Assembly (NCBI GenBank): GCA_001655205.1 | Contig: LPNZ01005834.1 | Span: 1 to 61,552 of the forward strand | Origin: Lenisia limosa | Taxonomy: Eukaryota; Protista; Breviatea | DNA: 61,552 nucleotides | Direction of reading: 5' to 3' | Part shown: in pieces, positions 13,015 to 25,981 of the stretch | Layout of the letters: every line of letters begins with the position of its first letter | Position numbering within the stretch: the stretch's first letter is position 1 | Translations under genes and position numbers: made by a program | Notes under the pieces: model-generated | What the model was told of the DNA's origin: nothing | The model's database searches: none | The model's input: only the letters and a program-made list of their open reading frames with translations

Positions 13015-15292
13015 ATGTCATCCGTTGCTATTGCTTCTGCAGTCTCTGTGGCCAGGCCGCAGTTTGTTCGATTCCTCAGTGCCGCTTCTGTTGCGCGTAA
13101 GGCCGATTTGGCATCCTTCCTTCAAAAAGAAATTGATGGTATCCATGAATCTGTGAGAGGAGACAGTTTTAATCTTATGAAAGTGATCCTTTGCCTTGCT
13201 GACACCATAGGGACTTTTCAAGCGCGAACGTGTGATGACTACTGCTCAGTCAGCTCATGTTAAGACTGAAGAGACCGGTGAAAGAGATCTTATTATGATG
13301 GCGTCTAACAACTACCTCGGTTGGCTTCTCCCGCTTTCGATCCCCTTTTTTTCCTTAAAATATAAAATATAGCTTGCATACAGTTGCATTCCTGTAAATC
13401 GAGTTATTTTCATTTTCCCCGCAGGACTCTCCGACAACAAGAAACTTATTGAAGCTGGAAAGCACCGAATGGACACACATGGCCTTGGACTTGTAGGTTG
13501 TTGTCTTTATTATTTTTGTTGAATTGTTTTGACTTCTCAGGCCTCTGTTCGTTTCATTTGCGGTACTCAAGATATTCACAAGCAACTTGAGCAAAAAATC
13601 TCGGCTTTCCACGAGAAGGAAGACACTATTCTCTACGGTGTAAGCATATATCAAATTATTTTGCATATTGGTAGTGTGTTTGGGTGTGTGACTTCAAATA
13701 GTGCTTTGTTATACCTTCTAATCAGGCATGGCTTCCCATTTTGAATTAGATATGTTAATCTAGAATGTTCATGTGCTGATCCCTTCTTCTTCTTTTTTTT
13801 TTCTCTCCTTTTTTCCTTCCCTTTACCTTCCTTCAGAGCTGCTTCGATGCCAACGGTGGTATCTTTGAGGTTCTCACCAACGAACAAGATGCACTCAGTA
13901 CGCTGGCCTTTCTCCCTCCCCCCACCTCCCATCCGGATTACTCTAACCTGTCCAGTCTCCGCCTCTCTCAACCATGCTTCCATCATTGACGGAATGCGTC
14001 TGTGCAAGAAGCCCAAGAAGGCTTTCTACCAGCATCTTGACATGGATGGTGCGTTTATTTTCCAGTTGGACGACTTACTCCGCAGAGCTCGAACAGCGCC
14101 TTGTCGAAAATGAGGACCGCCGCATCCGTCTCATCGTCACTGACGGTGTCTTCTCCATGGATGGTGACATTGCCCCTCTTGACAAAGTTGGCAAGGCGTG
14201 TAACCTAGCCACCCCACCCCACTTTATTCTACCCGGATATGGACTCATCACTCTAGATCTGCGACCTTGCTGACAAGCACTCCCGCCCCGGCCACCCCGT
14301 CCTGACTTTCACCGACGAGTGCCAGTACGGGGGCTCCCTTAGTTTTATTCACTCCCTGCCCTCCACGGTATTGACTGTTTAGTGCTTCCGGATTCCTCGG
14401 CAAACGCGGCCGCGGTACCCCCGAGCTCATGGGCGTCATGGACCGCATCGACATCATTAACGGAACTCTCGGCAAGGCTCTTGGCGGCTCAACCGGCGGC
14501 TACACCTGCGCCTCCAAGGAGCTCGTCACCCTCCTTAGGTTTGCCTGCGTTCGATTGGTACTAGGGCTTCACTTCTGTTCAAAAATAGACTGAATTTCTC
14601 CTCGACATCTATCGATTTTACCGGTATTTTTTGAACCGAAGTGAAACCCTAATTGGTACCCTCTTTTTGTTCGCACAGTTACCGCATGTTGCTAATCTGC
14701 CCAGACAACGCTCTCGCCCCTACCTCTTCTCAAACTCCATTGCCCCTGCCGTTGCCGGTGCCGGCATCGAACTCTACGACAGTGCGCCGGGCTGTTTAGC
14801 GTCATAATGGCTCAGCCCAGTGTCTTGAACCCAATGTTCTTTCATCTTACCCCCTAGTGCTCATGTCTAGCAACGAGCTCGTCGATAAACTCCAGGAGAA
14901 CACCCACCGCTTCCGGTTCGTTTCCTTGCCAATCCTCCTGCTCTAACTCTCGCAGTACTCAGATGAAGGCTGCTGGCTTTACCATTTCCGGACACGACAA
15001 CTGCCCCATCTCCCCCGTCATGCTCTACGACGCCGTTCTCGCCTCCAAGATGGCTGACGACCTCCTTGAGCGTGGCGTCTTCGCCATTGCCTTCTCCTTC
15101 CCTGGTATGTGTCAAGAATGTTGCGGTTAGACTATTCCTCTCTTGTCGTATTCCCTTCCTCACGTCGCAGTTGTCCCCAAGGAGCAAGCCCGTATCCGCA
15201 CCCAGCTCTCAGCCGGTCTTTCTCTCGACGATGTTGACTTTGCCGTCAACGCCTTCATTGAGTCCGGCAAGAAGTTCGGTGTCATCAACTAA
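13015..15292 (+). CDS. GCAT: Glycine C-acetyltransferase (2-amino-3-ketobutyrate CoA ligase), mitochondrial, multi-exon
   Basis: Spliced motifs [60 protein letters not shown] (PLP lysine), [19 protein letters not shown]. Ala/Ser/Arg-rich presequence. TAA at 15290-15292. Confidence 0.95.
14562..14651. mobile_element. 90-bp hAT-type MITE inside a GCAT intron
   Basis: Left TIR TAGGGCTTCACTTCTGTTCAAAAATA versus reverse complement of the right end TAGGGTTTCACTTCGGTTCAAAAAATA. Perfect 8-bp TSD ATTGGTAC at 14554-14561 and 14652-14659. Confidence 0.85.
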
Positions 15293-15417
15293 GCTAAGTG
15301 GCCCGCGCCACTCCTCTGTAATGCATGGAATACTATACTGATTTCAAGTTTTGGTGAAACATTACAAGAACCTGAATTAAACGTAGATAAGAAAACACAA
15401 AAAAAAAATAGAACATA

Positions 15418-18400
15418 TTAGCGCTGTTGGGCTGTGAGTTGCCGGTGTTGGCTTGGGGTAATCAGTCCATCACCTGCAGGGATGAAAAAATTGTGAAACA
15501 CAAAAATAAAAATACTCTGGAAAACTCACCCAGAAGGGCATCGAAATTTGAGAGCATCTTGTCTCGAAGCTGTGACACTTCTCCCCGAAGCGACTCAGCT
15601 GAATCGTTGTTACAAATATATTATGTATCAAATCAGGACAGTTGAGAAATGCAAGATGTTCCTACTCTCTGGGTCCGGCTTGGAGGGCTGGAAGGACCGA
15701 GCGAGCTCAATCCTAAGATGTCAAGTAGGCTCAAACAGATACACAAGGAAACGCAACTCACATTCGGGTTCTGTCATCGGGAACCTGCGACACTATTCGA
15801 TGCCCTGGTTTATGAGAAAAGCAATAAGATTAACTCAAGAAATGGAAAGAAACCGTAATGATACCTGAAGGGGGGTAGTTCATTGGGGGCTGTTGCACAG
15901 GCTGCTGGGGGTAACTCGGCGGCACTTGCGGTGCTAATTGGCTTGTTGTCAAGGGCGAGGGTTCCTACGGTATCAAAAAAAAAAAAAAGACGGAGAATCA
16001 TCAATAATCATATGGCTCAGAAGTTCAAGCTCACCTTTTGCATATTGAGAGCATTGAACGTCAGATGTGTGCCTTTTCTTGGGCTGCTAGTTGGTCGCGG
16101 GCTGTGGGACTCACCACGAGGACTTCGGGGCCCTGAATAGATAAGCTGAAGTAATTCAAAAAAAAAAGTCACTGAGAAAGAGAAATACAAAAGCCAACCA
16201 GTGGCCAGTGGAGGAGCATTTGCTTCCGGAGCTACGTGGCTCTGGATAACCTGCAACAATGACATCACAGATTTAAGTTGTAATCACACTCCCCAAATTG
16301 AAGACCCCAACATTCTGATTCTGCCACTTCAGCTGTTTCTGCGCCATGATCTCAGCCCGGGCCTGAAGAGCCGAAATCTCATGTCTTGCAGCATCCAATT
16401 GCCCGTCCTTGTTCACTAATTGCTTTTCAAGGTCTGAACCGTCAGATTACCGGAGCACCACCATTTGCTACTGTCAAAGCACCCCAACCTTCAATGAGAG
16501 CGTCTTGCTGCTTATCTTGAACAGAAAAGCTAAATGATCCGTTAGATTACAGCACCAACAGTGAAGTTCACTCTACCCCTTACATTTCGCCTCCTGCAAG
16601 ATGGTTTGTCAGTCTAATGACTTCATCTGTTAACAGTGTGACCTCATTTCGAAGCCTCTTATTGTCCCCATCTAATCGTGATGCCTGGAGAGCGGTGAGG
16701 TAAATGGGGAATATGAAATGAAATGAAAAACTGAAAAACTGCAAAGAGCAAAAGAAAAGCCCTTGATTGAAGAATAGCGTCAACAAAGAGGAAACAAAAA
16801 TGCACGAAGAGTATTGAGATCCAAATCTTGAGTCAACACCGCTCAGACATCATCTTTGGCCTTTTGAGTAGCTGCCGCCATCTTAGAATCTTGTTTGGAG
16901 TCGTTATGGGCAGAAATAGCCAGAAGCCTTTCCAGCTCTTCAATCTTCGCTTTGTCTGCTTGACGCCTAGGCAATCAGAAATACTCGGCCAATCACAACG
17001 TACTTAGCTAAAGCCCGTGCCTGGCTCTTTTTGATGCTTGCCATTTCAACCTCCATGTCACTCACTTGCGCTGCCGCAGCCTGGAGGTGAATCACGCGTT
17101 CTGCCTACTGAAGTGTCTCGGAGCTGTCTTGATGCCGCCATTCGGTCTCTTTCAACCCGTCGAATTGCCCCATCTGAACTGTTACCTCGCAAAAAGAACA
17201 GTGACAAACCTCGCTTTTTGATAGTGGCGTGGAGCTTTTCTATTTCCCTCTTCAGTTGATTGATTTCTGTGTTTTGTTTCGATATGGTACTATCCATCTA
17301 AAACAATACGTTAGATAGGTAAACTGTCTTTTCATAGCTGTACACCACCCACCACATCCTTGTGAAACTTCAAACTATCAAGGTCAGAGTCAGCTTTACG
17401 CAGTTCCTCACGCAAGCGTGAGATTTCAGACTTGTCTTCCTAAAAAGCGTTAACAGTCTCTCAAATCTGCAGCAATTCCAACCTCTCGGTTTTTTCTCAT
17501 TTCATCAATGCCATGCCCAGAGGTTACTGTGGCTAAAAATGGTTATTCTGAAGCTCGCTGAGAAGGAACTCGGAACTATGCAACCGACGGCCTATCGATC
17601 TGCGGTTAATTGGGAAAGTGATTCTATTGATTTTTATGCCCTTATGATATTTTATCAATTAAAAAAGGTATTCCGTGTATGCTCTGTTTGGACCCTTACA
17701 TTCCACACATACTGAATAACAGAGCCAACTCGTCTCGCTCAGCTTCAGCCTTGGCCTAAAATGGTCACAAAAACGTAACCTGTAGTATCTACGACTGGTA
17801 AAATAATAATGGCTATAAGCAGCCCTCCCACCACTGCTTCCTTCAACTGTTTAACAGCAATGAGCTGTGCGCGGGTTTCAAGAATCTCATCAAGGTCCCT
17901 TGAGGGTGAGAAGACAAGGTAACATATAAAAATGGAAGCAACTCACCCGGCATCTCCGTTCTCAACGTTTTGGTTGGCCATGAGGGAGGCGCTGATGTCG
18001 AATCGGTCCCCCTGAAATGTCAAAAAAAAAAAGATATACTGTTCCTAACATAATATAATATGACCTTTTCTTATCTCCTTTTGTTTTTTAAATTACCCCA
18101 CCCCTGACCGAAGAAACAGCACTATGTGAAAGAGACCCCTGAGAAACTGCTTTTGGAAGGGGCTGGATTGTAAAGAAATATGACTTAAGATCAAACCTGT
18201 GATTCAGGGTAAATCTGAGTATGGAGAGGGTCGGGCTTGGGTTGGGGATTCTGGGGGCTTAAAGAAGTGGGTCGGGATACGTTCTGTGGACGATGCGAGA
18301 CATTCACTTGAGAATAACGGGAGAAAGTTGGGGAACTATGTTGTGTGTGGCTTTGGCGGGCGATTGTCGGGTGGTCTTCTTGCTGACATGGGGCATGTCT

Positions 18401-21040
18401 TTCACTTGTTGGATGGCTGAATGACGTGTCATTTGGGACGACTGCGAGGAATGTCGGGTGTGATTGGGGATGATGCGAATTATGGACCGGACGTAATCGA
18501 GCCAAAGAGCTGACAGATTCCTGGCCATGTCCAGAATAAGGTGATGTTGGCTCGGAAATCTGGTATGACGCTGCGTTCTGCAGACTTTGCTGATAATGTA
18601 ACGGCGGCTTGGTGACAAAGAGGGCCGGATCTTCAAAGGCCTCGCGGGGAATTATGGGTGGTAACTGCGAATTACTATCAGGGCAGTGCTGCGGCTCCAC
18701 TGGTGGTTCAGGTTCACTCTGCAGGATTAATCATTGCTGTTTCTTGTTGCAACAATCGACGTTTCAAAGGCCTTACCTGCTGTGGTACATAGCTACCATT
18801 TGCCTCAGGAATAGGGAGAGAAAAGGTGGGAAGAGGGTTCCTGGATAGTTAGTTTCCGATTTTGATCAGAGGTTCGCCTCAAGAAACCAACTTCTTCTTT
18901 TGTGGTAGTTTTTTGAGGAGTGATGTTGAGAGTATTGATGAGAGAGTTGGAAGAACTTGGCTCATTGTAGGCGGTACCATTAGTAGCCACGAGGTGTTAT
19001 CTAATAATTAGTCAAGGATATGTTGTGAACGGATATGAAGCTGATATCCTAATGAAGAATGTAACGGCTAAGAAAAACAAGGCGTGAATTTGTAAATTGA
19101 AAAAATAGGAATCATTATTCTCCTCTATCCCATATAACTTTCAAATAGTGTTTTTCTACCGTTAAAACCAACCATGGTCCGTGAGAGCAGGTCTGAGAAC
19201 CTGTGTTAGCTTTGTGCGGTGGAAGGATATTGACGGGGACTTTGTTGAAACTACATCATGATATCACCATCCTTAAAAACAGTGTTTCCAAGCTTTACTG
19301 CAAAAAAATTGGAATACACCAACGTGAAGATATGATGGAGTGAAGCATCGTAAGGTCAACGGGTGCCGCCTTTGGTTTTGCTCTGAAATCGGATGGAGGG
19401 GGCTGTTGGGAAGGGAAATTAAAACAGAACAAAGTGGTTCTTTAACACAATAAATCAGCACACTCAGTGGAAATTTCATTGTCCAAAAACACGACCACAT
19501 TGCCTTTACGATTCACCGAACTGCTCTTTTTCCAAGGAACCAGTCTCACCTGAGCAACCGTGATGAAATCAAGTCTTGAACTCAGAATGGAGTCCTTCGC
19601 CTGTGACTCTTGTTTTGGAAGGGGTGCTGAAGGAGGGACCGGGGCGGAGGAGCCCCAGGGTCGGGGATGGGATAGTTTGGGGTCTATTCGACTTTCTGTG
19701 AGCACTATGCTGTAAGAACAACGAGCAGTTTCAAGAACAGAAAAGCAAACCAGTAGCAGCATTCAAAGATGGATCGGGGTTTGTCAATTGCTGCTCAACT
19801 GTGATAGAGAAAACATGGTGATTGTGTCGAGATGAGAGCCTTCGACTTCTGAAAGAGGTCAGAAAATTTCATTCAATTGAATCTCAAAGGCTTCACTTAG
19901 GTACAAAAAAGTCCTTTCTATCAATATTAACTATTAGGAATTCTCTGACTGAGACCAAAGTACCACTCTATTTACTGGGCCAAACCCGGCCAAACGTTTG
20001 GAAAGCAATCAAAGCATCCTCCAGAGTACGAGCTTGAATCTCCTTCAATCCCGCAACACTGGGTATATTAGTTGGCTGAGTTACCATTCACATTCAAATG
20101 TTTCTTGGTGCTCACTCACCTAATTCCATTTTTCTTATCAGTTCTAAGACGAAGTTTGATAGAAGAAGGGGCTTCAGGATCTGTGAAAAGATCTTGGAGC
20201 CCTTCTTTTCCAATCTAGGGCAAATAAGGGGTGATTTTGAATTATTCATTTCAAAGATTTAATAAGTTTACTTTGTGTATGTTACTTCTTCAAAGAGAGA
20301 GCCCTGTCACCCACTCACTTCGTACCACGAGAGCCACAACGTACAAGTGAACGCACGCTCTTTCGGTGCAGAAGCTAATTCTTGCATTCCTATTGCCGTC
20401 AAATTGTTTAAAGGAAAGAAATATTTGAAAACAAGCTATTGAGAGAGAGAAAAAGGGAGTTGTTTCCAAGGGATGAGCCAAAACCACTGACGGTTAAATA
20501 ACGATCGAAGAGTGAGCGGTATAATTCCAGGAATCTCCTTGGTTCCTAAGCGATGTTAGTAAGCTTTTTGCGCACAATACAAGAACTTGTCCCTTATATA
20601 ACACTACACCAACCTTCTAAAAGCCATGCTTTTGCAGTGCCAATAGTATCATGGATCACAAAAACCTGTCGGTTGTTCTGATCGTTATGAAGATAGGTAA
20701 TAACCTTACTCCAATGGTATTCTCAACGCGGGGATGGACCAAACTTGAATAAATATCGTGCTGAGTGGCCATACAGCTATAGGCAGCATCGAATACAAAC
20801 CTATAGAAGGTAACGGAAACACCAATTATATTTCCAATGGCTAATAATAACTTATTTTTATTCATACCGTCTTGATTCAAGCCTTGATTTATCTTGGAAG
20901 ACCTCAATTGCTCCCTCATCTCCAACCACTACGCTAACTGAAGCTAAAATGGTAAGAAAAATTGTTTAAATTGCTGGAAATGACATACAATCATCAACAG
21001 TGACCCCAGGAAGGGGCTGGAGAGAAACTCCTACTAACAT
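15418..21040 (-). CDS. Kinesin-like protein with degenerate motor domain, Pro/Ser/His-rich linker and long coiled-coil tail (start approximate)
   Basis: Spliced motor landmarks in the correct order: VGVSLQPL, RFVFDAAYSCMATQHDIYSSLVHP, EGTKEIPGIIPLTLRSLF, VAGLKEIQARTLEDA, HVFSITVEQ, SRLDFITVAQ, ISFHRTKLTQVLRPAL. Then coiled-coil exons (EINQLKREIEKLH, DLEKQLVNKDGQL). Stop at 15418. Joining motor and tail into one gene is by manual splicing. Confidence 0.7.
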
Positions 21041-21387
21041 AGTGGCCCAAATGGCTTTAGTAGCCTTAACAAGTTGTTTATCTAGTTTCTACTATGGCTA
21101 TACTACTATATTTTGGCTGTATTTTGGAAATCAATTGGGAACTTTTTAATGAAAATACTTTTCACCCACAAAAAAGATCTACTGGATCTGGATCACCCCA
21201 CTTTCCTTTTATAGAAAGTGACTGCAAGCCGAGCCTGGAGCCCGGACTGAGCCCGGATGATTTAACACGCAAGTTTGAACTTGATACATAAATCCAATAT
21301 AGTGAACTTATTAGTGAAAGTATCTTAATTACGCCATCGCCCGTCAGCTTCTGTTATTTGTGAACACTCTTTTATCGAATTTCTCAA

Positions 21388-22482
21388 ATGTGCTTCAGCT
21401 TCGAAGTATCTTTAACAGCAGCAGTCATCTTAACTGGTGCCACGGCATATTGTTTGAGGTTTATTGAAATGTTTTTTTTTATTTTTGTTTTTTGATAGTT
21501 TTAGATTCAGTCAGATTACCATTTCCAAACCACATGTCATTTCACATTCCAGGCCTTTATCTCTCGAAAAGAGTAAATGAAATACCGTTGGCACTCATTC
21601 CCTTGTTCTTTTGCCTCCAACAATAGTATGGCAAATTTCTTTGTCATATTTTTTCTTACCACCCAGCTGTGAGGCAATGATATGGCACCTTTTACAGGAC
21701 AAAAACAAAACGGCCGAAGACAAAGCCGTGGAAATGTCAACTTGGGCGTTCCTGGTAGTGGCGTTAATGATATGGCCTTTTTGGATACCTATGAGCCTTA
21801 TGGTTGTTGAGGTAAGGTGTTTGTTCATTGTATGACCCTTTAGCATTGTCGTAGCAGATGGCTTGCAATGTTCCCACTGTTGATTACCGGAATAGCGGTT
21901 ACATCATACTTCATCATCGCAACCGAAGCCGAACCTGTGAAGTACGTTCACAGATCATGATATCTTACCATCCAGAGTTTCTGAAGCAGATCACCACATC
22001 AGCTACGAAATCACATTTTTCCGTGATTCGGATACGTATACGATTATTGCATTCTACTCCTTAGCTGTCATCCCGCCATTTTTCATTTCTTCGAAAAAGT
22101 GGGGTGGTATTCAATCATCATTTTGCGCCATGTTATATTAGTCTACTAACCGGCCAGAAACATGCCAGTCCTCGGAGCCCTCATGCTAATCGGCTACTTT
22201 CTGGCTTTATTCATTTACGAAGAACATTTTGCAAGTGTCTGGTGTATGTTTGCAGCATACACGTCAGTGCTCATCATGTGGATACTCTACGGAATGCGTA
22301 ACGACCATCATCCGATGTACCGCCCTGCCTGGCTCTTGTGTGACGAAGGCCAAGAGGAATCGGAGCCTCAGGCCCCAATTCAAGTTTGCCATGCTCTCAT
22401 CTATGTTCTATGGGGTAGTAGATCTCCTCTACTACCCCATGGCGCATCTGTCACATTCTGTCCCATTGTTCGGATTTTGTGA
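21388..22482 (+). CDS. Multi-pass membrane protein of the bacterial-type MCFS...SVWC family (DUF6629-like), with introns; 3' end approximate
   Basis: MCFSFEVSLTAAVIL at 21388, EIPLALIPLFFCLQQ|YCEAMIW, WPFWIPMSLMVVE, FASVWCMFAAYTS. The family name is from memory of these motifs. Confidence 0.65.
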
Positions 22483-23179
22483 CACATTCAGGTCATTGTC
22501 ATTTCCTCTCCTCGGCTCAAGAATCCCGTACCACCTTCGATCAGAACCCTTAGACCTGAAATCGGTCTCACAAAGTAAGCACGCAACTCAAGCTCACCCT
22601 CTAGGTCGCAACCCACAACCCCCGTCATATCACAAGCTCCAATTGACCACCACTACCCAATGACTCCAACTGCGCTCAACTGTCCGTCACTTTATCGGAC
22701 ATATCATGGTATTAGGGATCCCATCCCACACTACCAGTCCATCATATTTAGACAATACTTGTCAATCCAGAGTTTGGTTTTAAACATTTTAGAGCCGATT
22801 CGACAAAACATCCAATACGATAAGTTGTACGGTCACCTACCAGTACCAGTCAATAAGCCTCCACCATGAAATACTAACTTCAGACTGTTGTGTTTTGTCT
22901 TATAGCTGTTCAACTTTCATGAAGAAATATGATATGTTTTGATACCATCTCAAAAAAAGATAACTAACATGATCATAACTATCATTACACATGATCCTGA
23001 GACCTTCTTTACACTTCCTTGAAAAAACTACAACTGGTTATGTGACCATGACTATCAGGACAATAGTATACTACCACATTTACTCGATGAAATCATGATA
23101 CATCGCAAATGGACCAAAATATTTCAATTCTCATTTGCTTATGCATAACACAATAATTGCAACCTGGGTGAAATTGAAG

Positions 23180-25872
23180 TTAAAATTCAATGACTCCTGA
23201 TGATGAAACAATGGCAATTTGAGATAAAATATCCCAGCCAAGCCAGGCAGCTAAAGTAGACACTGGCTCCACGTTCTTTTCAACTATTTCTTGAGGAAGA
23301 AACTACAAGTGATAAATACTAAGTCACAACCAACCAACCTCGAAAGGAATCAGCATAGGAGACGGTTTCAGAAGAAGAAGGTTAAGTTTGCCTATCTTTT
23401 CTACATGTTCAATATCATATTCTATCTGGGAGAGCAATTCAGGTTCACTTACCTTGTAACAAAGGGTCCTTTCTGATACAATCAATTATGGTATATTTTG
23501 ACCCCACATGCTTTGATACTCTGTCTTTTGACTCATTATGTGGAGGCTTATCTGAAGTGTGAGATCCCTAGCCCCATGAATGTGAAATCGCCAAGTTGCA
23601 ATTCCACCATCCTCACCATCAGCTAGTCTACAGTACTTTTCTTGGTCAATCCGTTTTTGGACAGCTTCGGATAAGAAATGCCAGGAAAATTCTTCCGGAC
23701 AAAGTAGTTCAGACGGGCAGTAGTTCGCTTTGTAGCGCATTTTCGGGCCTGAAAATAACACCTTGGAGAAGAGTAATACACTTACAAGATGAAATGTAGT
23801 ATCCAAAGTAGTAATGTTGACAGTTCAGACTAAGTGCTAAAGACGATTCGTAAATTGCAGAGTATGAGCCCAAAGACAGGTCTTTGTGGGTACTACATGG
23901 GTAAAAGTATAGTTTCATAACTCCTTACGAATCATAAAAGAAGTAAACGGATGAAAGGACATTTGGAAGGAGATCAAGAACTCCAACCGCAATCAACTGG
24001 CCATTCAAAACATAACCTTGGAGAGTTATCACTGCTAAATTGAAACTGCCGTACGTAAATGGTAATGTCCAAAAGCCTTCTCCTCTGACGATTCCTGCCC
24101 CATTCTTCTTTTGCCACTCGCTGTGGGCTGAAATGCTCAGAGAATGCAAGTACAAAAAACAACATACTGTTGGTGCCATAAAAGGAGAATCACACAGAAA
24201 TCTGGTATACTGTTTCGGGGTCAACTCCTCGGGTTTATCATGGTGAACCTCGGCCTTTTTGGTCAAATAAACAAATAAAACACCCATCAAAAAGTTTCAT
24301 TCTCCTCAAAAATATCACTATGTGAGGACTGAGGCCTGATTTTCTTCAAAGATTCACCATACTTGGTACTTGCAATAAAGTTGAAAAGCATCCTCTTGAA
24401 ATTTGGCTGGCACAAGGGTAACAACAAGGTTGTTCTCGCCCCCAGCCGGAGAAAGAGATAATGGGAAGATACCTACATAAATCAGCAATAAGTTTTATTT
24501 CTGGACAAATACGAAGCCCATCATATGATGAACTACAATAAGTAAATAGAAGTACTACTTTTGATAGATTTGGAATAACCACATCATGAAGGCGTATATC
24601 AGTGGTGAAAAATTATGATATATTCCACCCCAAGAATAGTACGGCAGAGTTTCCCCTACTTTTGAGAGGCGATTTTGGGGGAGCTTTTTTCTTTTTCTCT
24701 CGTTTCGTTGTCTGGACAATAAGAATAAGGACAAGCAAGAAAATAAGAGATGGGTAAGAATGACAATAAGAGATGGGTAAGAATGAAAATAAGAGATGGG
24801 TAAGAATGAAAATGACAAAGTCCTTTATGTAAAGAGCTATCACGAGGCCAACTGGATAGAACTTCCCGTCCTCATGTATTGAGCCTTCCCTAAAGTTCTT
24901 GATTTTGTGGCTTTTGAGTCTAGAGAGGCTACCTTGGCTGCATTCTTTGTTGCTTGACCCTATATTGATAAATAGGAACCTGTCAAATCGTTGACCACAA
25001 AATTCTGGGATGCTGAGTGACGACATACCTACAAACCATTTCACAGTCAAAATGGCGCCCTTCTACCACAATTTATCCAAAGGACATATAGCTCTGGTTT
25101 GCCTTTATCTGTAATGATGCAATTTTGTTATATATTTTTTTTGCAATTTTGGAATGAATATTGACAGCAGTATCTAGTGAACGCTATGTTTATTGTCAGG
25201 TGATCAAAGCGCATGGCCATTCTTAGTTTCTAGAACTTCTTATGTGGCTGAAATATATGTATGATTTATAGTACACTACATGTAGATAATTATCTCATAT
25301 ATATAGCTCCTCAAATGCATCAAGGTGAAGAAATCAACAATATTCGTGATTGATCTGCAATAATTGGTATCATGTACATATATTATGTGCCCCAGACGTT
25401 GTTGTGGAGGCAGCTTTTCTGGTGCCTTTGGAACCGTTTTGCTTCCAGTTAGATACTTGGTCATTTTCTAAATAGGTCACAAGGTCGCGAATTAATCATT
25501 TGAAGCATGGCCTACTTTTACAACGTTTTTCTGGGATTTTGACAGTTGTAAGCGTTGAACGTCAAGGCGAATGGTGTATTGGGGGCAACAAGTCATGGCA
25601 TTGTCAGGGAAGTATACTGCATGGTGTAAAGAGAATATTTATAAACAAGAGACTATGTAACGAGCTAATAACACCCATCCCCAGTCACACTACAATCCCC
25701 CCCCCCCACCGTAATTGCCCGAACGCCTTCCTCCACGATTGATAATGTCCAAGTAGAGCTCAGGCGTGAGCTTGTGGAAATACACCCCGAAGCTTCGTGA
25801 CCCTACGTCTGACCCGCAGTATCCACAATGGTGTGCACTGCCCCCAGTGACTTCACCAATAGCATCCGTCAT
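23180..25872 (-). CDS. ATE1: Arginyl-tRNA--protein transferase
   Basis: HCGYCG, RG(G)RRSGNY, TCCPQYTIRLD, YTRFLCDSP, GQLIAVGVLDLLPNVLSSVYFFYD, SLGSYSAIYE, YYYFGYYI, MRYKANYCPSELLCPE. TAA at 23180-23182. Confidence 0.92.
24742..24810. repeat. Three tandem copies of a 23-bp unit in an ATE1 intron
   Basis: AATAAGAGATGGGTAAGAATGA(C/A) x3. Confidence 0.9.
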
Positions 25873-25981
25873 GTTGTATGTATGGTGGATGGTGGGGAAC
25901 CTCTCCCCAACCTTTTTTGTGGCTATTGTTGTATTATTGTTGTGTTTTTCTTCGCTGGTTTGGGGGGGGGGNNNNNNNNNN

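Noticed and set aside
21051-21125. Plus-strand MALVALTSCLSSFYYGY resembling a sugar-transporter start
   Set aside because: No continuation, and it lies antisense at the pseudokinesin 5' end. Chance resemblance.
25715-25740. ATE1 reads RGGRRSG where RGWRRSG is usual
   Set aside because: A single-residue difference next to a poly-G run. Cannot be separated from assembly error or ordinary variation without reads.
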